From Trichoplax adhaerens (Eukaryota; Animalia; Placozoa): 64,000 nucleotides of DNA. The notes beneath the pieces were generated by a model. The model was not told the origin of the DNA. It ran no database searches and was given only the letters and a program-made list of their open reading frames with translations. The stretch spans positions 2,286,180 to 2,350,179 of the forward strand of contig NW_002060948.1 of NCBI RefSeq assembly GCF_000150275.1, read 5' to 3'. A program made the translations under genes and the position numbers. Of this stretch, positions 38,920 to 52,600 are shown one piece after another; the first letter of the stretch is position 1; each line of letters opens with the position of its first letter.

Positions 38920-40610
38920 ATGGCAAGCAGACGTGTAAGTGATTGATATGACAGGTTGTTTATCGTAGTCGAAGTGATTCTTATAACTACCGTTAAAATA
39001 TCAATAGTTCGCGTGTACCGCGCGTGTAACTGAATTATATCAGGTTACCCGTGAATTACTTCAAAGTCTTGACATTTTTAAGTAATATTAGAATATTATG
39101 TTTTATTCTAAATAATTTTTATTGACCCTGACTAATATGTTGGATTGATATAATTTAGTCATCGAAACCTCTCATGGAAAAGAGGCGCAGAGCTCGGATT
39201 AATGATAGTCTCAGCCAACTCAAAATGCTCATCTTAGAGGCTGTGAAGAAAGATGTACGACATAATTTGTTTATATATCTTAGCGCAATAATTGATAATT
39301 CTTGACTAGCTTGCAGAATTATATTTAAATATTGTAATTTAGGCCATATAGAATTATAGTAAAAATCCATAAATTATTATTTTTAGTAATAAAAATATTA
39401 AATTTAAAAAAACATCAAATAGCAAATATTATTATTACTATACAGAACTCAAGTTAACGAGATTTCAATATTGCATGATTATATATCTATATTGCGTATA
39501 TGCATACAGTTAGCTTATATATATATATGCATAGGTATAATTATATAGGCTTTTTAGCTCCATAATTTTGCAGATCTAATCATACTGCTGCCTTAATTTT
39601 AATGTCAATGTTATCATTTTAATTAGCCATCGCGTCATGCTAAATTGGAAAAAGCTGATATTCTAGAAATGACCGTAAGATATTTACGCGCGATGCAAAA
39701 GCAACAAATAACAGGTAAAAGGGGTATTCCGTAATGGAAAAAATTTATAAATAATTGTTATTATTAATTAAATATATTCTAATGAATTATCAGTCTGTGT
39801 TGATCTATCTGTAAAATAACGTTCGTCGATATCGTAAAATTAATGTGATACAGCCTAAAGTTGCTCATTTAGTTTCAAGTTAATATTTTTTGGAATTATA
39901 TTAATGTATCCTTCCACACTATCTATCATACATAACCATAGTTATAGCTTTGACTGCTAGTTTCATTATATTACATACATATATTATTTACTAAAATACT
40001 AAATAAAGTCAGTTTAGATATTATGATCATAATATCTGCCTAATGATAGCATCGATAGATAAAAGCATTAAACGTGAAATTTTGCAGTTAGTGAAGATCT
40101 GATTAATTTACTCTTCAATGAGATACTTTCTTACTTAATAGTACTTATATCTAATATATTATTATCTATATAGCTGCAATGAATTCCGATCCTGGCGTCA
40201 TCAGTAAGTATAGCATGGGCTATAATGAATGTGCATCGGAAGTAGCACGCTATTTACTAACAAATAACAGCATCGATTCTTCGACCAGAGGAGGAATATT
40301 ATCACACTTAGCAGGTTGCCGTAACGCTCTTAATCAACTTACTAATAGCGACTTAGCACGTCAACAAGTATCTTATCCAAGTTTACCTATGGCTACTGCG
40401 AATGATCAGTTAAATATGGCATCTGCTAGCTTCCCAGCTAGTTACGCCGTTCCAACTCGTAATGAAAGAGCAGCTATGATTTTACCAAATCGTTTAGCAT
40501 GTTCATCTCCTATTATTCCTGTCTACGCAGATTCATTCTATTCTCCTTTAAATCATTCACTTACAGCATTTACCGGTCGCTGTGACGATCCAGTTTGGCG
40601 ACCGTGGTAG
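38920..40610 (+). CDS. HES: Hairy/Enhancer-of-split bHLH-Orange-WRPW repressor (HES1/4-like)
   Basis: Exons 38920-38934 (MASRR), 39159-39254 ([32 protein letters not shown]), 39627-39714 ([20 protein letters not shown]), 40174-40610 (Orange domain [17 protein letters not shown]; C-terminal VWRPW*). Confidence 0.97.
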
Positions 40611-43002
40611 AAAAGATGTTATCTCGACGGCATCAAATGATACATATAAGTAATACTGCACTATATTCGTTGCTTATAAAAGTAATCACTTGTTTCGAAT
40701 CTCATCAGTTTTATATCGTACTGTGGATCATGTATATTTACAGCGTACATTCTAAACTCATTTCAATCTGATACGATTGATTATCTCATGATTAATAATT
40801 ATAATTATGAATTATGTTAACTGTAAGTTCTTCATGATGTGGTATAAATTGTATCTTATTCTATTCAGATTAAAGTTAATTATCTATTATGTTTTGATTA
40901 GCGATTTGACTGCTTTTGGATTTATACTATTGCTGGCAATGATGCATGTGATACAGCAACACTCTCTGTTGAACCTTCGCTTAACATAAATTATTAAATT
41001 TGTATCCTCTTAACTATCGTAATGTATATTGCTTTTGATATTTGTTAAAAGAAAAGATATCGTGATTTTCCTGTGTAATCTCTCTTATTTATTAGACTTG
41101 ATGATAACTGTATAGGCATTGAGTGCAAATTTGTGTACAAGTTAGTCATCTGCATGATGTACAGGTTAATAAAAAGATCATCGCTTTGTCAATTAGTTTC
41201 ATAAAATTGGTTATTACGTATCGTAATTATTATAAAAAGACATTCTTCAACGTCGAATTTTCTAGTTTCAATATTAATTTATTGTCCCTTACAGTGATAA
41301 TTGCTCTATTAGGTGTCGATATTCGATTATAGTACAGTTTTCATATTGGACAAGTTCTACGGTGGAAAATAACACCATGATGCATGCATTCAACTGTAGC
41401 CTAAACCTGGAAAATTATAGAAATATTGGTCTATATAGTCTGCCCCTGGTTTTCAGTTCATTTATATGTAGATAATATAATTTTTTATCTTAGTTGTAAT
41501 CTAATGGAGTTAGAGGTTAATTGCTATGAAAGGGTCTCTTGCGTATTGTAATTTAAAAATATATATTCTCTATTGAAAGACTCATGTTGTGACCTCGTGG
41601 CGACACGGATAATTCACGATTATCCGGAGAAGTTCGTGCATTTAATTATATGATGATCAATGCAGACAATTGTGCAATGTGATTAGTAATTAGAACATTA
41701 GGAAATAATAGGGTTAAAAATAATTTATTTGTCTATATAAAAGCAAGCTCAGAGATAACCTAAATTTCGATTAAGTGTTAAATGCGAGTTCATAGGTAAC
41801 TTATCAATTAGATGGCCTAAAATTATCTGCAATTATCCTAGATTAAAGATTGCAAGAATTAAATCTACTGTTTAGGTCTTTTTCTATCTATGTTAGCTAA
41901 GACAGATTAAACGCATGTATTTTACATCAATATTAAACATAAAGAAAGATCATGAGAAATGATGGTTTCAATGTAGTTTTAATCGCGGTAAAGACTACGA
42001 ACCAGAGTAAGCCTATAAGATAAGTGGTACTGCCTTAAATGATCTTATAGTATCCATTATTTTGAACGCCTGCATACATTAATTATGAATTTCAAGTCGA
42101 AAGATTTGAAACGAGTTATAGAAGTAGCGCTATGATTGATCGTGTATTTGACAAAACAGTGATCAAATTGCGTAGCAAACTTAAAATTTTTTAATAGCAA
42201 TGTTAATAAACTGTCCTTTTGCGCATATAGTTTGCCACACAATACAGTAGACACATATGAAGCTTGCACATTCAAATAATTACAATGATTCGTTATTTCA
42301 GTATTGTGAGTATACTTAATTTTAGCCTTGAAAGTAACAATATGTTATGGTTTCTGGTGTCAGTAGGGAGGATTGAGATTAAAAGAAAGGATCACCAAGC
42401 CGGTACTCTCAATAGATTAATATACGCAAAATTAAAATTTAAATTAGCATAACATTGGTTGTGATCTTTGCACGATTGTTACCAAAATCATTAAGACAAT
42501 TATTTAAGCTAATATCTTTGTAAAGATTATTTTCTCAATGGCAGCATTATATTGAATTATGTTATTCGCTAAATATTCTGTTACACAGATTCGTAATGAC
42601 GACAAAATATTTTTCAATGAACTGCTCCTGTAATAGGACCATCCCACTTTTTTAGACGTACGATCATTGCAGTACCGTGAATAGTAATAGTGTAAGAAAA
42701 GGTTAGCTGAAGCTCATCAGCCATTGCCATTTTCTCACCTTTTTCATTCATGATGTCCAACGATAAATGATAATTAAGATTTCGGGTTTCCGTTTTACAC
42801 ATTACTTTTAAATTTTTAACTTCAGAACAAAAAATAATTTAGAAAAATCGATAAGTAGATTATTGAGTTTAATCTGATTTAAAATAGCTGAAGTTCAAAT
42901 GTAGAAAAATTTTATTTGATGGCTTTTTTCTTGTGCTGACTAGTAGAATTTATTAAATCAACTTTATGTATTATCACTGAGTACGATAACGGAATCGTTA
43001 TT

Positions 43003-43276
43003 TAGATGGTATTATTTTAAAGTATCTTTCAATCTAGAAAGAAGTGAACCATTTTAATGACCAGAAATTAAATCAAGACTATAATGTGTTAAAGATAAGA
43101 TAGATAACAATTTAGCGAACAATGCTTAATAGACTTATCTAGATGGTATTACGTTAAAGTATCTTTCAATTTAGAAAGAAAGCGAGCTATTTTGTGGACC
43201 AGAAATTAAGTTAAGGCTATAAAGCATTAAAAAAAGATAAAATATCTATAGATAACAATTTAGCAAACGATGTTTA
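43003..43276. repeat. Diverged direct duplication, 2 units of about 130-137 bp
   Basis: TAGATGGTATTA....TAAAGTATCTTTCAAT.TAGAAAGAA...GACCAGAAATTAA...TAGATAACAATTTAGC.AAC at 43003 and 43140. Confidence 0.9.
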
Positions 43277-46200
43277 TCTCTTATGCCTTCGCGATGATTA
43301 CATTTAGATGCTTTGTACCTGGAAAATAACGTAACCATACACTCCGTTAATTATTGTAGATAAGAGCACTATATAGTAAGAACGAAAAAAGGGGACGGTG
43401 AGATAATTTTAATTGCTATTGTGGAATAAATAAATCAATCATTGATTTTAAGGGATGAGAATGACAAAATTTGGTGAACAATTTTTACTTGTTTTCTCAT
43501 CATTGACTAGAATTATTACAAGTAAAATTTCAAATTGTCAGTTGAACACTTTATTATGACAATGAGAGAAATTCTACTAATTTTATCCTTTTGTATACCA
43601 TAGTTTGGCAAACAGGATGGAGGTATGATCTAAAATGTCGATGCAGCAACTTTTAAAAAGTGATCATTTTATGAAACTGTACAGAAATTGTGATATCGAG
43701 TGGTTTCGAGTTGCCTCTGGTTCTAAATAACTTAGCCTTTTCACATGTAATCTCCTTAGTAAACTGCAAGTTGATACAACGCGGTGATAATATAATAAGG
43801 TACTAGCACATCGAATACAAGGTATTTTATCAGCTGGATTGAATCAATCTACAGCTCTTAAGCGTTATAAATTGATTTATGTAGGTAGTACGTGTTTGGT
43901 GAAGAAAAATTTGAGAGTGTCTAACTTGATCAGTTCGAGCTCATAACAATATGGTTGAGATCTTTAACTCAGATTAGATCATCTAATAATCAAATAGAAA
44001 TTCTAATTGTAACAATTCAACATCAGAATTAAAATCAGTCGTACAATATTATTTTTGATCTGATTCTCTTATTACAAAGGATCAAAACACTGCAATTAAA
44101 GATTTCTACCCGGTAAAGTAGTTCCTACTATATTATTTTTTTTAGATACAGAAAATTTGAGATCTATATCCGCTAAAATAAATTTAAAAAATGTTCTCCA
44201 GTAAACAAAATTATAGAAAAAATTTTAGTTTCAGAGTATTTCGACTTGAATAAAGCTATAGCTATTGAAAGTTAATCATGTATAGGCAAGCAATTATCAT
44301 GAAAAATCGGTAAATACTATACAAGTTTGGTAAAACTACAGCAGTACCAAAAGTAGGGACCATAAAACGTGATCCAATTTTTGCAGTCAACTCAAGGCTT
44401 AGCTACTAATTTGATAGATTAATTAAGCTAATTTTGTCATATATCATATGTTTCTTTATATTTTAGCAGTTGATACTATGTATTCTATCGAAATTACTAT
44501 TCTGTCTTGTTAACTCTGCCATGAAAGGTGGCTACTGCTAGATATACATTAGGCAAAAATCTATCTTCAGATGCGACAATGTATTATAAAATTTATATAT
44601 GTTATGTTATATACCATAGTTACATATGGAATAGTTTGAAAATCGGCTAATATACTTCGATAGCAAAATATGCGAGTAGAGCGAGTGCAATAAATTTACC
44701 CTTTCAATGAATGTCGATTATCCAATAATTATGTGCCCAGTTAAATCTCAATCTATATTTATTATCGTAATTAGAAATCGTGCATTTCAATTTTTACTAA
44801 AGTAGAATAGATTAAGTGTTATTTAATTGATAATAGTTAATGTACAGTTGATTATTTAATTAAGTCATTAGCTGTGACCGTACCACCTATTACAATAACG
44901 GTATTAAAAATATCCTTTTAGGATTAATACTAAAACCTATTGATTTTGCATCTATGCTACCTAGTATTGCTTCTTGATCAGCAGAGTTTTCGTTGTTTAA
45001 TGTATAATTATTTACATCAACATACCGCTTCTGATATTTACCGTTTGGGTTCGCTGTAGCTTCTGTTGTAATAGAGAGATGAATCAGACACTATTATTCA
45101 GTTTTATTATAGTATTACTGGGAAAATGTTGATAATGCTGATAATAATTGATTTCATAACCTCGTTATACTTGACATCAGGCAAGAAATGAATCGCTGTA
45201 ATAGTTTCGAAGAATTTTAGCTAGAAAAGCAAATGCATAAAGGACGATATTTAGAATACTTACTAATTTAGCTATAATAAATATTAAAGGTTGATTTGTC
45301 TTAATCCGGGTTAAATTACATCTATATCTGTATCTATATTCGTTTGTATACAGTGTTCATGAAGTGATATTTAACGAAAAAAGTAGTATACGGGATTTTA
45401 GTTCCGTATTATTGAAGCCTGAACGTGCATACGAGGATTATCAAATTTGCATAAATGCTCTCTTTAATCAATAGCTATAGCGAATAAATTAATTTGATAG
45501 TAAGTCAATTTTTGATATACACACGTTAGCATATATAGTAAGCCTTTGGAAAATTGACCGAGTTACGCATGTCCGTTAGAGTAAAATAATAGTGATTCGT
45601 TTATATATATGAAATATATGGTAACGAGTACAATACATATTATACGTATATATACATATGTTATATATATATGCGTATACACTATCTATGGTGTTTAGAC
45701 GCAGTTTACAGCCATTTTAGCGAGCGCATCATAAAGATATCTTCGATTATTTAGCATTCGAGTTGGAATACGCTCAAGTGAGGACATAGATAGTAGGCCA
45801 AAGGAATTTATTACTATTAACAGGAGGTAAAGATAAACAAATTCTTGATATGTTGACCTATCCTGACATTGTTTTTTTGCTATCTATTGCTAGCTTTGAG
45901 ACTACGTACAGGCTCTACTTATCCAGGAAATAAAAATAGTTTGATTATAAATATATGTTATTGTCTGCTGTCTCTGAAACATAAGATTGCATCGATGTTC
46001 CTGTTTATATCATAAATGCTCGTTCATTGACCGTATAATTTCCGTAATTTTTTTCAATTTCACCGTTTTATTATTACTAGGAATAGGTAGTTACCGAAAC
46101 TGATTGTTGTAGATAGGAAATTATAGACTGCTGTAGCAATTTAAAGAGTATTTTATGATTCTACTCGTGAAGGATATGTTTCGGTCGCAATAACAGATAA

Positions 46201-46602
46201 TGTATAGTAAATTTATAGATCGTCAATCGTATCCATATGATACTTACATTGCACGAAGTGAGGTTATTTATTGTTCTCGTATATCAGAGAATAGAAAGGT
46301 ATTGTAACTACCTGTAGATACATTAAGTAATTGTCTTAATATCTTCTTTATCTTAAAAGATTGATCAGCATAATTAATACGAATGACAAATGGCATATTA
46401 TAATGCTACTAAGTGTTCATGATCTTGAAATTGTTGCAGTATCCATCCTTCTAAATAAAGCGTCATGCTAATCATATATATTCTTTGATTTGACTTTAGT
46501 TTCTATTGACTCTTTTGAAATATTTCTTAAATAGTATCAAAAGTTCTATTTTTACAGGTAAAGATAGAACAAGCTAATTCTTAATTAGGTATTTGCTGCC
46601 GG

Positions 46603-49600
46603 ATGAGTACGATGGATAAAGTAGATGATCCTGTAAGCATGATTTTAAGAGCTAAAGATTGACTATATCATTAGTTTTGATCACTTTCCTTAATCTCTGT
46701 AAAATATACTTTCATAATATAATTTATATAGCTATTTTTACGTAGAAAAAAATTACTATTATGGATATCGTATGCCTAATATAAGCTCATATCTGTGCTT
46801 GTTCGTTACCCTACATATTCATTACATCAACACAATAATTGTAAAATTATATATTATTTGAATTTTCATCATGAAGAGTATTTGCAATTATTTGCGTGAA
46901 TTTAAAAAGAAATCCTGTCAAGCCTATAAACCGGACAAAAACCATACAGGTAGAAATAAGTAAGTGTTCATTATGAATTAAAATCTTGTCTTTCAAGACA
47001 TTCTATAAGATTATTATCGAATTCATACGACATGATATAATTTATGTATAATAAACTTCCAGGTGTACTTGCGGATTATATAGAGAAGACCATGAATGTA
47101 TAGGTCGATTTCCGCAACAACCTTCAGACCAATATGTTCATTTACCAACAGATGCTTATGGAAGTATAGAGTTTATTGATCAGGTTCATGGATTTCAAAA
47201 TGCTAAAGTGAGTAAGTTAGACGTAATTATGTCTAAATTGAACTATGGGTCATTCATTGATGGTAGTTTGACGTTTATTAATGATTCCACGTTTTATTCA
47301 TTCCCGAAATTTGTACTTCTGGATATATTCTTTAATAATATAATATATCTGTGACCGTAGTTAGATATGATATACGAGATATTGAAAGGTATTTACATCA
47401 TAATTCAGTTAAGTGGAGTATCCTAATAAAGCAATTAATGATGCCCTTTTCTTTCAACTTATATAATAGCTGCATGGATTTTGTACGCTATATTTTGCAC
47501 ATATTACCTTTGAGTATGCTCATGATTTTAATAATTGCATTGAGCGATTTTAAGTTATTATTATCATTTCTTCATAGTACATTCGTTTAGCTAATGATAC
47601 AAAAATGGATAAGGTGGCACGTTTGCTTCGTGATGTGTGGAAGTTAATTGATAATAAGCAGCTACCAGATGTTATTTTATCCATTGGTGGCGGAGTTAAA
47701 GAATATAGGCCTAATAAAATTCTCGAAGAGAAGTTCCATGCCACCTTGATCAACGCAGCTGAAAATAATAACGTGTGGCTACTTACATGTGGCGCATTTG
47801 TTGGAGTCAGTAAAAATGTTGGAGAAGCTATGTTCGAATCTTTCTTTGAGCAATGGGCGTGCAATGATCGCATTAAGAAACCGAATAACTTAAAGTGTAT
47901 TGGTGTTGCACCTTGGGGTTACATAGCTGACTCAAATAAATTAATTAATGACCCTAAAAATAATCTTAATGTATGTAGGATAGGACTCCAGTTCAATATA
48001 ATTCAATTCATATTCTGACTTATTAGAGACTTATTTTATAATAAAATCGTTCAAAGAAATAATTTTTAGCCAATTTACAAACATTTATCGCTTTTAGCTG
48101 TATTTTATGTCCATTTGGCTCTCATTACTTACTGTTTTTTTGTGAAAAAGGAAGTTTAAGTCTTAAAAATTTTCGATTATAAGCCACTATGGCTATTAGT
48201 ATAGTCAGATAAAAGAAGTGACTGCATTTCGTAATCCATTAATCAATTTTATAGCTAACACTGAAAGATTAAGTCGCTAATTTTATTTCGTTGTGGGTTG
48301 ATTTATCTATAATTATAATCAGAGGGTTACCGTCTAAAATTTTGCCACCTTTAAATATTTAGCCAAAGAAGTATTCCGTGAATGCGTTGGTTGAACGTGG
48401 AAAGCCAACTTCGCTTGATCCATATCATACTCACTTTCTCTTGGTAGACGATGGTTCCCATGGCCGTTACGGCACAGAAATCGAATTTAGAGCTATGCTG
48501 GAAGCTTATTTAACAAAGAACTTAGGTGAATGTTAGAATAGTTTCATTCTTTGAAACACCTACGAGTATCTCTTTTGGCATGCTTATTATTATCTAAGAA
48601 AAGCTCTTATGATCGTTTGATATCAAGTAAATTAGGTTAATACAGAAGCAGTTGTAATGGGTAATTAAAGTTAAATATCATTATTAATGAGTCATATTAT
48701 AACTGTTGTGTACGTAAACTATCATGATAGTGAAGGAAGTTACGAGTATAAACGTCAGATACGTATGTAGTTTATAAACAGATTAGATAGATTAGACCTT
48801 ATGCCGTACTATGGGTATTCTAACTTTCTATAACTAGGTCTCTCTAAAATTAGTTTTTATATCAATTGATTATCTTACGAATACTGTAGTCCCAGCTAAA
48901 TAATCTAAAGAATGTAGCATTATACATCATTGACTTACTTACTTATTTTAACTTTAGTCGGATGCTTTGCCATTATATACAGATTAGTACACGAGTAACA
49001 ATTCGTACTATATGTTCTTGCTTTATACATTCTTGAATTGGTTATTTTAACTTCTAGCCAGATGCTTTGCCATTGTAGTGTTTTCATTTGTATGCAGTAG
49101 CAATGTATGTAATTAATTACAGCATTTAGTGCTAAGGTAATGGCATTAATATTTTTGATTGTTAAAGCAGTGTAAATAACAGTATAATATGGGCAATAAA
49201 TTCATAATATTACATTTTATAAGAAGTAATGATGCTTTCATAAATGATATATAGTGGTAGGTGCTGGCTATGACTATAAGAAGTTTAAATTTTCTATCGA
49301 ACATTATCCATTACAGCAGACCAAGGTGAAAAGGTTCAGATTCCTACTGTCTACGTTGTACTAGAAGGAGGTCCAGACATCTTTACTGCAGTTGCTGAGC
49401 GACTTAAGCGCGAGGTACCAGTTATTGTAATAGAGGGAAGTGGTCGAGCATCCTCTATTATCGCGTATGCCGTTCGTTCATGTGAAGAAAGGTAAAGATT
49501 GAATTGATGACCACCACATTAAACTTTGTGTAGACTCACTTCACGTGTAGTCACGTTGAGAAGTTATAATTACTAAAAATTGAGTTATTAATAACTATTT

Positions 49601-52600
49601 AAAGTATAAAATGATACTAGTGTATACCCCTAATCGCATTGCGTTGAGAAGTTACGATTACTAAAATTTGCGTTGACTAATGTCTATTTAATACATAAAA
49701 TGATGTTAGTACCTAACTTGAATCGCAAATTAGATATTAAATCATGCCACTGATTAGAGATTTTCTTGATTTTTGACTTTTTATTGTTAATGGGCAAAAG
49801 AAATAATGAGTACATACTCACTATGGATCAAGAAAGGCTATTAAGAAAGATGATAGGCAAGATCTTTAGATTTTTAAAGGATGATAACAGACGAATGGAA
49901 GAATTGTTGAATCAGATAAGAATTATTATAAAGCAAAAAAATTGGGTAATTAATGCTTGTATATTAGCAAATTGAGTATGGGGTATTATTCATTAGGTTA
50001 ATTAGAGGTATCTAAATTATTATTTTGCTCGCTAATTGTCCGTGAAAAGCTAATACTCTATATATTGTAGTATCTATTCAGCTTTTCGACTAGAAAATAT
50101 TAAAGACTATAAATAAGAATTAAGCGATTGAAATTTATTTCGGGCTATACCGTATAGATTATGATCTTGATTCGCTAATATTGACACGAAGCTGATAATA
50201 AAGCAACTCTTTGCCTTTACTGTATAAACAATACCAAATCCGGAATAGGCTGGATTAATAGGCTAGCAAGCCTTCACTTTTTGCCAAGTGACTGATAACT
50301 GTATTGCATTGATAGACTCAACTCGTTAATTTGTCTCAGAAGGAAGATATAGCCACTGCTATCGCCAACTTATGGATTAAAGGTAAGATACCAAGATCAA
50401 ATTTAGTTTTCAAGCAGAAGATAGCGGTAAGCAATTTATACTGTAGTTTATTTAGTTTTTGTATAAATGAGCTTTCCGCACAAATACTTTCGATAATTTG
50501 ATACAGTATGTGATTAATTAATCAAGGTGATTTATTATTTTTGATAAATAAGCTTTATGTATGACAATTAGGAATATTTTCGATAATTTAATACGATTTA
50601 CAATTAATTAATCAAGATGATTTATTGTTTTGATAAATGAACTTCTGCACAGCTATTACCAATATTTTCGATAATTTAATACGGTATACAAATAATGATG
50701 ATTTATTATTTTTTCGATAGACGAGCAGTCTGTATAACTTTTAGCAACATTTCCGATATTTTGTAATTAATCAGGATAATTTACTATTTATTTCAGTGAA
50801 AGAAAAAGAGTATTCGAATACTACTGAAAATAATAATTCGACTACTGCTGAAAAAAAGGATTCGATTACTGCTAAAAATCTAAAATTTGCCTTAAAATGG
50901 GGCTGCGCAAATTTAGCGAGAGACCAAATAGAGAAAATGAGCTCATATGAACTGTCGGTGAGAATATTGAATCAACGGCTCATATTTTAATAGACAGCCC
51001 ATCATAGATAGCATACTCTGCGGAGCTTTTGGCCCAGACCAAATTTAATTTCTTAATATTGAAAAACTATCTGAAATTAGATTTGTGGAAGCCTATCATA
51101 TTTACTACTTTTGCATTCTGTTTGGTTTTTTGAGGCTAGTCTGAAAATTGTTGGACATTGATTGAAGAATCCATCAGTAACAACCGAGTAGAATGTATAG
51201 CAGTATTGCTAGAGAAGCTTGTTAATATTGATGATTTCTTAACGATAGCGATATTAAAAAATATGTTAAATAAGGTATGGTACTTTAAGAAATTTAAATG
51301 GATAATATGTTCGTGCTAGGGTGGCATTCCTTGCTAGCTATAGCTGAGGATTATTGTTATCGATTCTATTTTTAGTAAGTTGAGATATTTTTTGTAGCTA
51401 TTACTGCCAAATGGAGCGGCTCATGTAGATTACAAGAAAGCTTTCGAATTTCTGAAAATGATGAAATCGAGTCAAGATAATTATAATACATATTTGTACC
51501 CTTGGATAATTGCAGAAAAAACAGTACCAGATGGCCATAACAGAATCCATTGTGATACAGGTTAGTACGGATAAATGTTTGAAAGTACTGAAATGATGTT
51601 TGAAAAATGAATTAGATTTCTCCTATTGATGTTTAAGATTTCATTTCAGCAAGTCAATTAAAAAATAGTCTAAAGATCTATTATTAGTCCTCCTGTTGAT
51701 GAGCCTTAATTAATTAGGCCACCAAGAGTAAGAAATAGCTTATAAATGTTTAGAGTAATTTGCCTTTTGCTCTTTAATCTTTATTCATTCCGACATGTCT
51801 GACTATTGATTATAGGTCAAATAAGAGCCTATAAATTATTCATATGTAAAGCAACAATGTTTTTAAAAGAATATAAGATTACATAAAATTGTGATTGAGA
51901 GATTTTTCAATCTGAGTAATTTTGTTAATATGCTTGGCAATCTTAATCAATATTGAAAGTAATTTTATCGCGCCACCTTTGCATATCGACTATGATAATG
52001 GATACTCTTTACTTGTAATAACAGATGTTTTCCATCACCTATTTGTTCTGTGTGTTTTGAGCCAACGCTTTGAAATGGCTATGAAGATATGGGAGCGTTC
52101 ATCGCATCAAATAGCCACCGCTTTGGTTGGGAAAAAATTAGTTGATAGTATTATTGCGCAGATTAATTTTAAAAGGGACACATCGGAATTGCAGGAAATG
52201 TCAGGGTAGGTTGATTAAAATTGAAATAAAATGAAATTCAGATCCATCGTGATGATTAAGCTTAGTGGTGTAATTCTATCGAGTGAGTTAATATGTAATT
52301 TTGTGCATCTTTAATTATAATACTACAGAAAATTTCAAGATAAAGCTGTTGAATTACTAGAAACTTGTTATCAAAACAGACTTTCATTAACGTCTATACT
52401 TATAACTACTCCAATTCCGGCTTGGGGCGGCAATAACTGTCTAAGATTAGCAGCTTCTAGTGAAGCAACTACCTTTATTGCTCACGTCTGTTGTCAGCAT
52501 TGGCTAGAGAATGAGTGGGTTGGCAATACTACAGCAAAGATAAAAGGAAGAGTAAGTTACTATTGACTACTGCTGGAGTTAGTAGTCTAGAATTAGCAAG

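Noticed and set aside
40940-40955. K-box-like TGTGAT downstream of the HES stop
   Set aside because: A 6-mer expected by chance in AT-rich DNA, and there is no evidence for the cognate miRNA family in this organism.
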